Shown here in pieces: positions 39,191 through 52,342 of a stretch of DNA of 64,000 bases. Under the pieces are notes generated by a model. It was not told the DNA's origin. It saw only the letters and a list, made by a program, of their open reading frames with translations, and ran no database searches. Position numbers and translations under genes: made by a program. Numbering within the stretch: the first letter of the stretch is position 1; each line of letters opens with the position of its first letter. The stretch lies in assembly GCF_009914755.1 (NCBI RefSeq), contig NC_060936.1; one strand, written 5' to 3'. The DNA comes from the human T2T-CHM13v2.0 reference genome, Homo sapiens.

Positions 39191-39419
39191 ACGAATCTGT
39201 TATACTAGCCTCACAGCGTGAGTGAGGCTATTTTGTGGAAGATTTTGAAACTTTGAAATATTTCTTTCATTGAGAGTTCAGTAGAACTGTTTATCTGAGT
39301 CTAATTAGTTTCCTTGTATGAATAATTTTTAAACTGCTAATCAGTAGTTAATCATTTTATTAGTTACAGGATTATTTGTGCTGTGTATTTCTTCTCATGT
39401 CAGTTTTGATAAATTATAC

Positions 39420-39711
39420 TTTTCTTTTTTTGAGATGGAGTTTCGCTCTTGTTGCCAGGCTGGAGTGCAATGGCGCAATCTGCTCACTACAACCTCTGCC
39501 TCCTGGGTTCAAGCGATTCTCCTGCCTCAACCTCCCAAGTAGCTGGGTTTACGGGTGCGTGCCACCATGCCCAGCTAATTTTTGTATTTTTAGTAGAGAC
39601 AGGGTTTTGCCATGTTGGCCTGGCTGGTCTGGAACTCCTGACCTCAGGTGATCCACCCGCCTCGGCCTCCCAAAGTGCTGGGATTACAGGCGTGAGCCAC
39701 TGTGCCTGGCC
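39420..39711 (-). mobile_element. Alu
   Basis: TSD GATAAATTATAYTTTTCT. Confidence 0.93.
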
Positions 39712-39892
39712 GATAAATTATATTTTTCTAGAAATGTATTCATTCTGTATAAGATTTAAAATGTATTGAAATAATACTGATGATAGTATTCTCTTATTTT
39801 AAAAACATAGGCTGATCTGTAATGAATTAAAAATATATTATTTAAAAATATTTATTTTTGCCTTTTCTTGCTGAATCTTAAAGTAGTTTGTC

Positions 39893-40174
39893 TTTTTTGA
39901 GACGAGGTCTTACTCTGTCATCCAGGCTGGCATTCAGTGGCTCATTGCAACCGCCACCTCCCAGTTCAAGTGATTTTGGTGCCTCAGCCTCCCAAGTAGC
40001 TGGGATTACAGGTATGCACCACCATGCCTGGCTCCTGGCTAATTTTTGTATAATTAGTAGAGATGGGGTTTCACCATGTTGAACAGGCTGGTCTTGAACT
40101 CGTGGCCTCAAATGATACACTCGCCTCAGCCTCCTAAAGTGCTGGGATTACAGGTGTGAACCTCTGCACCTGGC
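39893..40174 (-). mobile_element. Alu
   Basis: Reverse Alu consensus. Confidence 0.9.
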
Positions 40175-40578
40175 TAGTTTATCTGTTTCTGTTGGTTTTT
40201 CTTCTCTGTTTTGTGAATTTCTGCTCTTATCTTTACTATCGTCGTTTTCATTTTCATTGAATTTATTGTTCTTTACCTATTTTCTTAAGTTGAACACATA
40301 GCTCATTCTTTTTTATCCTTATTTTCTAATATAAGCACTTAAGATAATACAGTTATTTTCTATAATATAAACGCTATTACTAATATAAGTATTTAGAATG
40401 TAAGCATCTTTTAAAATGTAACACTTCTAACATAAACACCTTTTCCTCTTTTTAACATCAGCATGAAATGGAATACAATTCCTTTTCTAATATAATCATT
40501 CTTTCTAATATGACTGTTTCTTCTAATGTAAGCGTTAACCCTAAGAAAGGCATCTTTTCTTCCCTAATAAATATTCAT

Positions 40579-40701
40579 GATAATTTTCCTTAAACTACTA
40601 CCTTTGCTGCATCTCACTAGTTTTGATATGTAAAGAATTAAGTTCTAAAAATGTTTTAATTTTCATAATAATTTCTTCTTTGACTCATGAGGTGTGTGTG
40701 T
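40579..40701 (+). repeat. Arm A of perfect 123-bp inverted repeat
   Basis: Base-by-base reverse complement of 42841-42963. Confidence 0.95.
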
Positions 40702-40719
40702 GTAAATATATGGTATTTC

Positions 40720-41019
40720 CTTTTATTTTTCTGGGATGGGGTCTAACTGTGCTGCCCAGGCTAAAGTGCAGTGGCGTGATCTTGGTTCACTGCAACCTCT
40801 GCCTCCTGGGCTCAAGCAGTCCTCCCACCTCAGCCTCCTGAGTAGGTCGCTGGGACCACAAGCATGCACCACCACACCTGGCTAATTTTTTGTATTTTTG
40901 GTAGAGACAGGGTTTCACCATGTTGCTCAGGCTTGTCTCAAACTCCTGAGCTCAAGCAATTTGCCTGCCTTGGACTCCCAAAGTGCTGGGATTACAGGTG
41001 TGAGCCACCATGCCCAGCC
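40720..41019 (-). mobile_element. Alu
   Basis: Reverse Alu consensus. Confidence 0.9.
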
Positions 41020-41537
41020 TGGTATTTACATTTTTTAAACAGATACATAAGACTATTTTATTTTTTCCTTTTAATATAATTACATTATGAACTGAGAGTA
41101 ATAGTGTTTGAAATTAGTTGGAGGTTGTTTCCCCTTTTTCTGTTTTCTGCAGGAGTTCATGTTAGATTGGAATTATCTGACTCTTAAATGTTTAGTAGAA
41201 CTCATCTGCAAAGTCATCTGGGTCTCACATTTTCATCAAGGAGAAAAAAATCTCATTGTGTTCAAATTTTCTGATTAACTGACATAAAATTGTTTACAGC
41301 ATCCTTTTATCGTCTTAATCTCTGCATTATTTTCAATTAGGCCTCTTTTCTGTTAATAACAAATGTCTGTGTATATATTCTCTCTTTTTTCATTGATTGA
41401 CTTGCCAGAAGTATGTTTATTAGTCTTTTCAAAGAACTAGGTTTTTGCTTTATTGATTTACTGTATTGTATTTTCTGTTTCATTAGTTTATCCTATTATA
41501 CTCTTCCTTTTTCTTCATTTCTCTCTTTCTTGCCCTC

Positions 41538-41709
41538 TTTTTTTTTTTTAAAGAGAAAGGGTCTCGCTTTGTTGCCCAGACTGGAGTGCAGTGCTTTTCA
41601 CAGGTGTAATCATTGTGCATTATAGCCTGGAACTCCTGGGCTCAAGTAATGCTCTCACTTCAGCCTCTTGAGTAACTGGGAGTGCAGGCGCAGACCGCCA
41701 AGCCTGGCC
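41538..41709 (-). mobile_element. Alu right-type monomer (FRAM/FAM-like)
   Basis: Reverse monomer consensus. Confidence 0.8.
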
Positions 41710-41886
41710 CTTTTACTTTTCTCATGGGTCTTTATTTGCTGAACCTTTTTAAGGTTTGTATTTATTTTCTCAGTTATTATTTTTAAAGTTTTTTATTTAA
41801 TTTCTCAGTTATTATTTTTCTTTTCTGATATAAAAATAAAAGGTTGTAAAATTTCCTCTAAGTACTGCTTTACCTGCATTCTGTAA

Positions 41887-42306
41887 TTTTTTTTTTTTTT
41901 AATAGAGACAGGGATTCACTATGTTACCAAGGCTGGTCTTGAACTCCTGAGCTCAAGCAATCTGCCCAGCTTAGCCTCACAAAGGGATGGTAGGCATATA
42001 TATATATATTTTTTTTTTTTTTTTTGAGGCAAAGTCTTGCTCTGTTGCCCAGGCTGGAGTGCAGTGGCACATTCTCAGCTTACTGCAACCTCCGCCTCCC
42101 AGGATCAAGCGATTCTCATACCTCAACCTCTGGAGTAGCTAGGATTATAGGCACCCACCACCATACCCACCAATTTTAGTATTTTCAGTAGAGACAGGGT
42201 TTCACCATGTTAGCCAGGCTGGCCTTGAACTCCTGACCTCAAGTGATCTGCCTGCCTCTGCCTCCCAAAGTGCTAGGAATACAGGCATGAACCACTGCAC
42301 CCAGCC
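41887..42306 (-). mobile_element. Alu fragment plus full Alu
   Basis: Reverse consensus 41887-41985 and 42009-42306. Confidence 0.88.
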
Positions 42307-42413
42307 AGGCATAAATTTTTATATGTAGTGTTTTTATCTTTCAGCTCTGTGTATTTTCTAATTTCCATGATTATTATTTCTGTGACTCATGACCTGTTTA
42401 AAAATATGTTTTA

Positions 42414-42836
<423 letters not shown>

Positions 42837-42840
42837 TTAT

Positions 42841-42963
42841 ACACACACACCTCATGAGTCAAAGAAGAAATTATTATGAAAATTAAAACATTTTTAGAAC
42901 TTAATTCTTTACATATCAAAACTAGTGAGATGCAGCAAAGGTAGTAGTTTAAGGAAAATTATC
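42841..42963 (-). repeat. Arm B of perfect 123-bp inverted repeat
   Basis: Reverse complement of 40579-40701. Confidence 0.95.
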
Positions 42964-43935
42964 CCTTGTGATTCTTTCCTACTCCAAGGCTGGCTGTGGA
43001 GACCTATGACACTAGGCCCTGCGGGGGAGGTGCCACCCTGCAGGCTTTTTGGTGTCACAGCCAACTTGGCACAAGACGAGCATTTACAAACATTCCAGCA
43101 GTTCTTAAAGCATTAGATGTCACAGTTACTGGACTGTCATTTCTGACTCCCTTCTCAGTTGGTCTGTGGAAGACATGGACTTTTGCCCTTGACTTTTATT
43201 ATTCTGAAGGTGCGGCTTATGCAAACAGCTCCTTCTCACAGACCTCCAGCAACTAAGATAGAACAAAGGTGTCTGCTTATCTTAAGTCAGACCTTTTTCA
43301 CTTCTGAAGATATCCAGATTTTAGTCTGGCTGTGAAATTAGCATGTTTTCACCAGTGGAATTCAGCTTTGGAACAGTATTTACCAAGGAGAAGGAGCAGG
43401 AAGACATCCGTTTGCTCATCTTGTTTTACATATGTAATGGCGCTGTGTATTTCTTTTGATGTCTTCTCAATGCCGTTCACAAAGTTTTCTTTGAAAGTGA
43501 TGGCTTTATCCTTCTGCTCATATTGATTACCACAGTTCAAGTACCATTTAGTTGAATTATAATCCTCAAGCACCAGGGGAGATTCCAGAACTCAGTGAAT
43601 GAGAGATTTGATCATTGCTGCAGGACTGAGTTCTGCCCATTCCCTGTTCTTAGAGGAGAGGTAGGGAAAAAGAGCACCTTTTTAGAAACTTGCACTAGAA
43701 AAGGCGAGGAATGTTTTCTTTGGCTGACCCCAGGGCTTGATTAATTTGCTCACCATTTCTTTGGCTGTGACAAGTTTTCACTTTTATTTACTTCATGACA
43801 GACAGTGGAGACATTGCTTGATAATGATGCGGCACAGAAAGCTGGTAGGTTTTGAGATTTAGAAAAGAAAATTTGTTAGTTTTTGTGTCTCTTAGAGAAG
43901 AGTTTTCTGAGTACAGTATTACAAAAAAGGAATGA

Positions 43936-44295
<360 letters not shown>

Positions 44296-44429
44296 TAATT
44301 GAACTTCTGTTGCACTTGTATTGACAGTGTTTATGGGAACTCTCAAATGTGTCACCAAAAATCTATATTTGAAAGATTTCCAGACTATTGTTCTAGAGCT
44401 AAGTTTTAATTATACACATCTATCTGTAT

Positions 44430-44832
44430 TGTTAAAATAAAAACTTTAAACAAATTAAATTTAACAGAGTTTAATTGAGCAAAGAACAATTTGTGAATTG
44501 GGCTGCCTCCCAAGCCAGAGTAATAAGCTCAGAGAGACTCCAGTGCAGCCACATGGTGGAAGATTTATGGACAGAAAAGGGAAAGTGATGTATAGAAAAT
44601 GGAAGCGAGGTACAGAAACAGGTGGATTGGTTACAGCTCAGCATTTGCCTTATTTGAATACGGTTTGAACCCCCAGCCACCTTTAATTGGCCAAAATTTG
44701 GTCACTGGCACAAGAGGAGGTTTTAGTCTGTTTATATTTCCACTAAGGTTTCAGTTTACTATGTCCAGAGAAACCTTTAGGCTAAACTTAAAATATATGA
44801 GGAGGCAGCTTTAGGTTAAACTTAATTTAATA
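44430..44832 (-). mobile_element. MER57-family ERV1 solo LTR
   Basis: Minus strand starts TATTAAATTAAGTTTAACCTAAAGCTGCCTCC; 4-bp TSD GTAT (44426-44429, 44833-44836). Confidence 0.85.
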
Positions 44833-45730
44833 GTATTCTCCACATACCTAATCTATGAATAAGCATCTTCTTTGAAGACGGGAACTGTACTTCAGGTTCT
44901 TTTCTGTTTAGCATTTAATTCCAAGATTTCCTCCAGCAATCTTGGAATTACGTTGTGAAATAATGTACAGAAAGCCTTGTGCACTGTGAAACAGAATAAA
45001 AATTACTTTTATTATCATTGTGGTTATTCATCTTTTGGGTATTTCACAGTCTCATAATACCACGTCCCATTTTCAGATACCATATAACACTCTGAAATAA
45101 GCACACTCATGTAGATTAGTATACATCTCATGTAACCTAGTAGTTTATAGCATGGCCTCAGGAGTCAAACTGCTAGGGTCTAAATCTCCCAGCTCAGCTA
45201 CTTTCTGGCAGTTTAACTATGGGCAAATTACTTAATCTCATTCTGCCTTACTTTCCTTGCCATTAAAATAGTGATAATGATAGTACCCATTTCAGAGCAT
45301 TGCTGAGACAAGTAGAGTGTTGAACTGTCTGTCACATAGAATGCTCAAAATATGTGAAAGTATTACCACTTTTATGAACTCTGGCCCTGAAAGCAATAAT
45401 AATAAATGTTAGGTTGCAAAAGACTTAGTAGCCAAGAGGAGCCTAAGGAGTACATGGGGACTAAACATAATATGCTGTATAGATAGGATCCTGCGACAGG
45501 AAAAGAACATTAGGTAAAAACAAAGGAAATCCAAATAAAGGATGAACTTTAGTGAATTAGGAAAAATTGTTAGCCTGGGAAAATAAAACATCTGTGAAAA
45601 AAAAATTCCACTCATATAACTATATGGTTATATAAAAAAATAAACTTGTTGGCTAAAATAGAGATTGATAAGGCAGAAAATGGAAGTTCTCCCCTTTCCA
45701 AAGATAACTACTCTTAATGGTTCAGAGTAT

Positions 45731-47326
45731 TACATTGGTGCAAAAGTGCAATTACTTTTGCACCATGAATTTTAAATCATTATTACTAGGCTGAAACACA
45801 TTTTTATTAATCAAAATAGGAAGCATTATAACCAACACATTTTTGCCAATGAAAAATAAGTTTTTCTGAGTAAAAATCCGTAGGCAGGGCACGGTGGCTC
45901 ACTCCTGTAATCCTAGCACTTTGGGAGGCTGAGGCGGGCAGATCACAGGGCAGATCACGTGAGGTCAGGAGTTCGAGACCAGCCCAGCCAACATGGCGAA
46001 ACCCCGTCTCTACTAAAAATACAAAAATTAGCTGGGCATGGTGGTGGGTGCCTATAATCTTAGTTACTTGGGAGACTGAGGCAGGAGAATCGCTTGAACC
46101 CAGGAGGTGGAGGTTGCGGTGAGCCGAGATCCTGCCACTGTACTCCAGCCTGGGCGATAGAGCGAGATTCAGTCCCCACCCGCCGCTGCCAAAAAAAAAA
46201 TCTGTGCTTTGTGATTCAACAAATTCTTGAAAAGCATTTTCTGCATCCTGCTGGTTGTGGAAGTGTTTTCCCTGCAAAAAGTCATTGAGATACTTGAAGA
46301 AGTGGCAGTCTGTTGGCGAGAGGTCAGGTGAATATGGTGGATGAAGCAAAACTTTGTAACCCAATTCCTTCAACTTTTGAAGCGTTGGTCGAGTGAAGTT
46401 CATTTGGCTATTGTCATGGAGAAGAATTGGGCCTTTCCTATTGACCAGTGCCGGCTGCAGGTGTTGCAGTTTTCGGTGCATCTCATCCATTTGCTGAGCA
46501 TACTTCTCAGATGTAATGGGTTTGCTGGGATTCAGAAAGCTGTAGTGGATCAGACAAGCAGCAGATCACCACACAATGACCATGACCTTTTTTTGGTGCA
46601 AGTTTGGTTTTGGGAAGTGCTTTGGAGCTTCTCTCAGTCCAACCACTCAGCTCATCGTTGTCGGTTGTGGTATAAAATCCACTTTTCGTTGCATGTCAAC
46701 ATCCGATGGAGAAATAGTTTGTTGTTATTTTGCAGAGTAAGAGAAGACAACACTTCAAAATGACGTTTTTTTTATTTTTGCTCAGCTCATGAGGCACCCA
46801 CTTATCAAGGCTTTTTAGCTTTCCAATATGCTTCAAATGCTGAATGACCATAGAATCGTCGATGTTGTTCTTCGACAACTTTTTGTGTAGTTGTAAGAGG
46901 ATCAGCTTCGATGATTGCTCTCAACTGGTCATTGTCAACTTCCAGTGGCCAGCCACTATGCTTCTTATCTTCAAGGCTCTCATCTCCTTTGCAAAACTTC
47001 TTGAAACCACCACTGCACTGTATGTTCATAAGCAGTCCCTGGGCCAAATGTGTTGTTGATATTGTGAGTTGTCTCCACTGCTTTATGACCCATTTTTAAC
47101 TTGAATATCACTCGAATCTGCTTTTTGTCTAACATCATTTCCATTGTCTAAAATAAATATAAAATAAAAAGCAAGTAATAAGTCATTAGCAAGAAAACAT
47201 AAAGTGAGAAATATGCATTAAAATGATGTATAACATAACCACATTTATGTAAGAATGTGTATTCCAATATCAGACAGCAAATTTCAACAATGCAAAAACC
47301 ATGATTACACTTGTACCAGTTGAATA
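45731..47326 (-). mobile_element. Near-full-length Hsmar1 mariner transposon (dead), with an inserted Alu
   Basis: Transposase fragments WVPHELS, TCNEKWILY (first catalytic D changed to N), KGPILLHDN, HPPYSPDLSPTD, C-terminus WQKCV..SYFD; degenerate TIRs at both ends; ~1.28 kb without the Alu. Confidence 0.95.
45883..46200 (+). mobile_element. Alu inside Hsmar1
   Basis: Dimer, TSD AAAAATCYGT. Confidence 0.92.
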
Positions 47327-47579
47327 CATCCTTCCAATGGCAAAATTTGTATTTATTTATATTTATAATAGTTAATCTATTTATTTACTTATTGAACAAA
47401 TGGGATCGTTTGTAGAATAGTTAATATAGACTTTTTTTTTTCTTTTTTTTTTTGCTCAACAATGTGTCATCTATACCAGTGCTACTCAAGCATAGTTCAT
47501 AGACCAGTGCTGGTCAGCAATGCATTTGTTACCAGTCTCTGAGGAGATAAGGGAGGAGATAAGGTAAATCATAACATTT

Positions 47580-47858
47580 CTTTTTTTTTTTTTTGAGACA
47601 GGCTCTCACTCTGTCACCCAGGCTAGAGTGCAGTGGCACGCTCATGGCTCACTGCAGCCTCAATCTCCTGGACTCAACTGATCCTCCCACCTCAGCCTTC
47701 TGAGTAGCTGGGACTACAGGCGTTCATCACTATTCCCAGCTAATTTTTTTATTTCGCCGTGTTGCCCACGGTGGTCTCGAACTCCTGGACTTAAGTGATC
47801 CTCTTACCTTGGCCTTCCAAAGTTCTGGGATTACAAGTGTGAGCCACCACTCCTGGCC
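47580..47858 (-). mobile_element. Alu (AluJ-like)
   Basis: Reverse Alu consensus. Confidence 0.9.
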
Positions 47859-48661
47859 TTGGCACTGCTTTCTTTATTCAGAAAATCTTGCTACGAAACT
47901 AAACAGTGGTTAGTGATGTGAAGCTTTAGATTCTGGCCTAAGCCTCTTATCTCATTGTGGATCTGAAATGAACAGTTTGCTGACCTTCATCTGAGTAGTG
48001 CTGGTCTGCACCATGCCATATAAACATATAAAGAGCTGTGTTATCTCTTTAGGAGTTATTGATATTACTTGTTTTTCTTTTTGATTTAGAAACAAGATTG
48101 TCTTTCAAATGGAATAGTGGTGGCATTTACCAATAGCCACCTCTGTACTTTTATCTGCATCAGTTTCAGTGATTGAACTTCATTTAAAGAGTCAACACAG
48201 TATAGAGGTTGAGACCTTGGATAAAGCCAATTCAAATTATGGCTACTCTGGAACCTCAATTTTTTAATCTGAAAAATTGATATGATGAATCAATCTTATA
48301 AGATGAATCTATCTTATAAGATTATTATGAGGATTAATGATTAAATGAGATCATACCTTCAAAGAGCTTAACACGTTTTTTTGTCATGTAGTAAGGGCTC
48401 AATAACAATGAGTTGCTATCATAATATTATTTACTACTACCAGAAGCTATGGTCTTAATTAGTGACATTTAAAAAAAAATAATTTAAAACTCACTCATTT
48501 CCAAATAAGTTGAAATTACTTAACAGATTAAAATCTTGCAAAGCAAACACTAAAAAAAATGTGGATGTTAATGGTGCTTTAGAAAAGCAGGGAGATATTT
48601 ATCACCAGAAGCTATGCTTTGCCCAATGTTAAAAAGTATTGTGTTGTTAGACTTCCTATAA

Positions 48662-49370
<709 letters not shown>

Positions 49371-49801
49371 TGAATTCTATTTTCTATGTGCAATGGGGGA
49401 GTCCTATTTTAATAGGGGGAGAGATAATATTTTTATAAGGAGACCACTCTCATCATAAGATCTGCAAGTGTCTCCTTAACTTTTAAGTGCTATCAATAGT
49501 TCTAAAAGGTCAGACCACTTCCTTATTCTCTTGATATCTGGTATTGGCTTCTCTGTTGAGAAGATCTAGTTTTAGTTTAATTTTCAGAAAAGTGAATTGC
49601 TATGATTTTGTTGTTGGTGGTGGCATTGTTGCTATAGATGTAGATTGCTCTACCATTAACCTGCACTAGTTGTTCACTAGTTGTGTCAAAAATAAATAAT
49701 GTGCCAGACAAATTAAAAAACTAATAAGTTATTCCATCTGGCTCTCAAAGGCATAATCCTCTCATTTGCTTCCAGATAGGATATATATGTATCGTGTTAA
49801 G

Positions 49802-50165
49802 ACACTAAGGTCTGTTTTGTGCTGCTATAACAGAGTACCACAGACTAGGTAATTTATAATGAAAATATATTTGTTGGCTCACAGTTCTGGTTGCTGGGAA
49901 GTCCAAGATGGAAGGTCTGGCATCTGATGAGGGCCTTCTTGCTACATCATCCCATGGCAGAAAGGCAAAGAAAGGGCAAGAGAGGGCCAAATGTATCTTT
50001 TATAAGGAGCCCACTCCAGAGATAACAATAATGGCATTAATTCATTCAGGAAGGCAAACCCCTCATGGTCTGATCACCTCTTGAAAGTCCCACCTCCCGA
50101 CACTACTGCACTGGGGATTAAGTTTCCAGCACATGCTTTTTGGGGGACACATTGAAACCACGGCA
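49802..50165 (-). mobile_element. MST-family MaLR solo LTR
   Basis: GCTGCTATAACAGAGTACCACAGACT..GGCTCACAGTTCTGG..GGGACACATTGAAACCACGGCA. Confidence 0.85.
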
Positions 50166-50457
50166 TATGGTATGTATGTGTGTGTGTGTGTGTTTCTTTC
50201 CTTCCTTTCAACAGGGCAGCACCCTTCTAAAACACCCCCAAATACTCCCTAAATGTCCTTGGTCAGCACCTTATTCTCACAAGTCTTCCATAACTTAACT
50301 CTGATTTTTCCTGCGTTCATCTATAAGTATTCACTATGTCATTAAAGCCTTTATAATTTGATTGTCTCCTTAATGGTGACTCAGAAGAAAGCTTGGGTTT
50401 ATGCTGATACTTGTAATCGAATCCAAAATGCCTGAAATCCTGTATGAAAGTTTGCTA

Positions 50458-50512
50458 TTAGGTTGGTGCAAAAGTAATGGCAAAAACCAATATTACTTTT
50501 GCATCAGCCTAG
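50458..50512. mobile_element. Internally shortened MADE1 (Hsmar1 MITE)
   Basis: TA-TTAGGTTGGTGCAAAAGTAATGG..ATTACTTTTGCATCAGCCTAG-TA. Confidence 0.9.
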
Positions 50513-51242
50513 TAGATACAATATGAATGTTGCCTGGGGTTATTGTTAATGTCTTAGTAACAGCAGCTTACATTCACAGTGTGTTCTTTTTTAAGAGAGG
50601 TCATATTGGTGTCACATTACAGATAGGGAAAAAGAAACTCAAAACTTAGAAACTTGAGGTCTTTTTCCCAAGATCACATAGCTGGTAAATGGTGGAGCCA
50701 CCAGGGTCCAAACCTGTGCTGGAACCATCCTGCAGGGCTACATCAGGATGCCACCTTAAAAAAAGGTTAAATGCTTACATTGCATGTTATTCATTCTGTT
50801 TAAACTTCCAAAAAACTAGGAAGAATGATTGCCATCTTTGACCTAATAAGAGTTTATAAGGTCAGATAAAAGTCTGTATTTTTTTGTTGTTGTTGTTCAA
50901 CAATTATGTGCTAACATAAAATTGCTGTTTTATTATTACCTCAATGGATTATTTGATGAGGAGACTCATGGTGGAGCTGCCTCTTTATATGCATTAGAAA
51001 AAGCGGTTTGGGTAGAACTTGCCTGTAGAGAAGAAATAAATTTAAAAAGAAAGTAAAAGAAAAACATAAGAAAAGGTAGTTTGGGGAGAAATATTTTTTA
51101 AAATCCTAAATTGGAATGAATACTCTTGCTAAAATGTAATGCCCTGTTCCTAGGGATAATAAGAATCACTGTGTCAGCTCCTTGTTACTTCCACCACATG
51201 GCTTTGCTAGTTTCCAAATGAAGAGGTTCCTCCCTATCTTGA

Positions 51243-51590
51243 TTTTTTTTTTTTTTTTTTTTTTTTGAGAGAGTCTTGCTCTGTTGCCCAGGCTGGAGTG
51301 CAATGGTGCGATCTCAGCTGTCAGTGCAACCTCCGCTTCTGGGGTTCAAGTGATTCTCCTGCGTCAACCTCCTGAGTAGCTGGGACTGCAGGCGTGTGCC
51401 ACCATGCCCAACTAATTTTTGTATTTTTAGTAGAGATGGAGGTTTTGCCATGTTGGCCAGGCTGGTCTTGAACTCCTGAGCTCAAGAAATCCGCCTGCCT
51501 CACAATATTCCTCCACAATATTCCATTGAGTCCAATGTGTCCCAAAGTGCTGGGATTAGGGATTATAGGAGTGAGCCACTGCTCCCCGCC
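51243..51590 (-). mobile_element. Alu with a foreign ~37-bp insert
   Basis: Reverse dimer, TSD CTAKCTTGATTTT. Confidence 0.9.
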
Positions 51591-51699
51591 TTCCTAGCTT
51601 GATTTTCTTGGGAAAGAGGTTGTATCTCTTCAGCTTCTATCTCTTCTCTTGATTTTATTTAAGTGTTCACCCTTTGTTGTTGGTCCTCTTTGAGTGGTG

Positions 51700-51822
51700 C
51701 TAGGAATTCTGGTGGAGCCACTTGACACAGGCCCCACCTCAGGCCCCCAGATTTGCATTTGTAACGAGTTACCAGGTGAGACTGATGCTGTAGGTCAAGG
51801 ACCACACTTTGGGAACTACTGC
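51700..51822. mobile_element. MER5A remnant
   Basis: TTTGCATTTGTAACGAGTTACCAGGTGA..GACCACACTTTGGGAACTACTG. Confidence 0.7.
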
Positions 51823-52342
51823 CGTAAAAATCAAGCGATTTTATAACTTCCTTAAGTTAGCCAATTTAAATGCTAATTTTCCTCCCAATTTCCCAAAGAT
51901 CTTTTACCTTTCTTACAATTGCTCTCAATGGACATCAAATCATGGCTATTTAAACTAAGATTCTAGAAAATGCATGTAGCTCCTTGCTTTTTGCTTTGCC
52001 ATTTTTCCTTCATTTTCATATTTTGTTCCCTTCCCAAATTATAAAGCGCCTTTTCATGCCACACCTGGGTAAATTGAAATCTAAAGTGGGAGCCTGATGA
52101 GCCCTTGAGGATTAATGGTTCAATTTCCCTGCAAATCTGCATGTGCTTTTGAACTAAGGAAAAAGAACACAGGGCAATGTAACCCTCCGTAGGGCTTCGC
52201 TAGCACATTTCAGTTTTCTACAGTTACCGCCAGCTCTTAGGACAGTCATCACATTTGACACCTGACTCTAGAACAACCAAAGTGCAGGTTTTTTGTAGGT
52301 TATGGCTCATGCAAGTTAGTGTGAGGTTGGGAGTTTTTCTTT

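Noticed and set aside
42964-43700. Non-repeat stretch with a 74-aa minus ORF (LEDYNSTKWY..KYCSKAEFHW)
   Set aside because: I cannot match it to any protein or repeat family; no ATG, poly(A) or TSD seen. BLASTX/Dfam would be needed.
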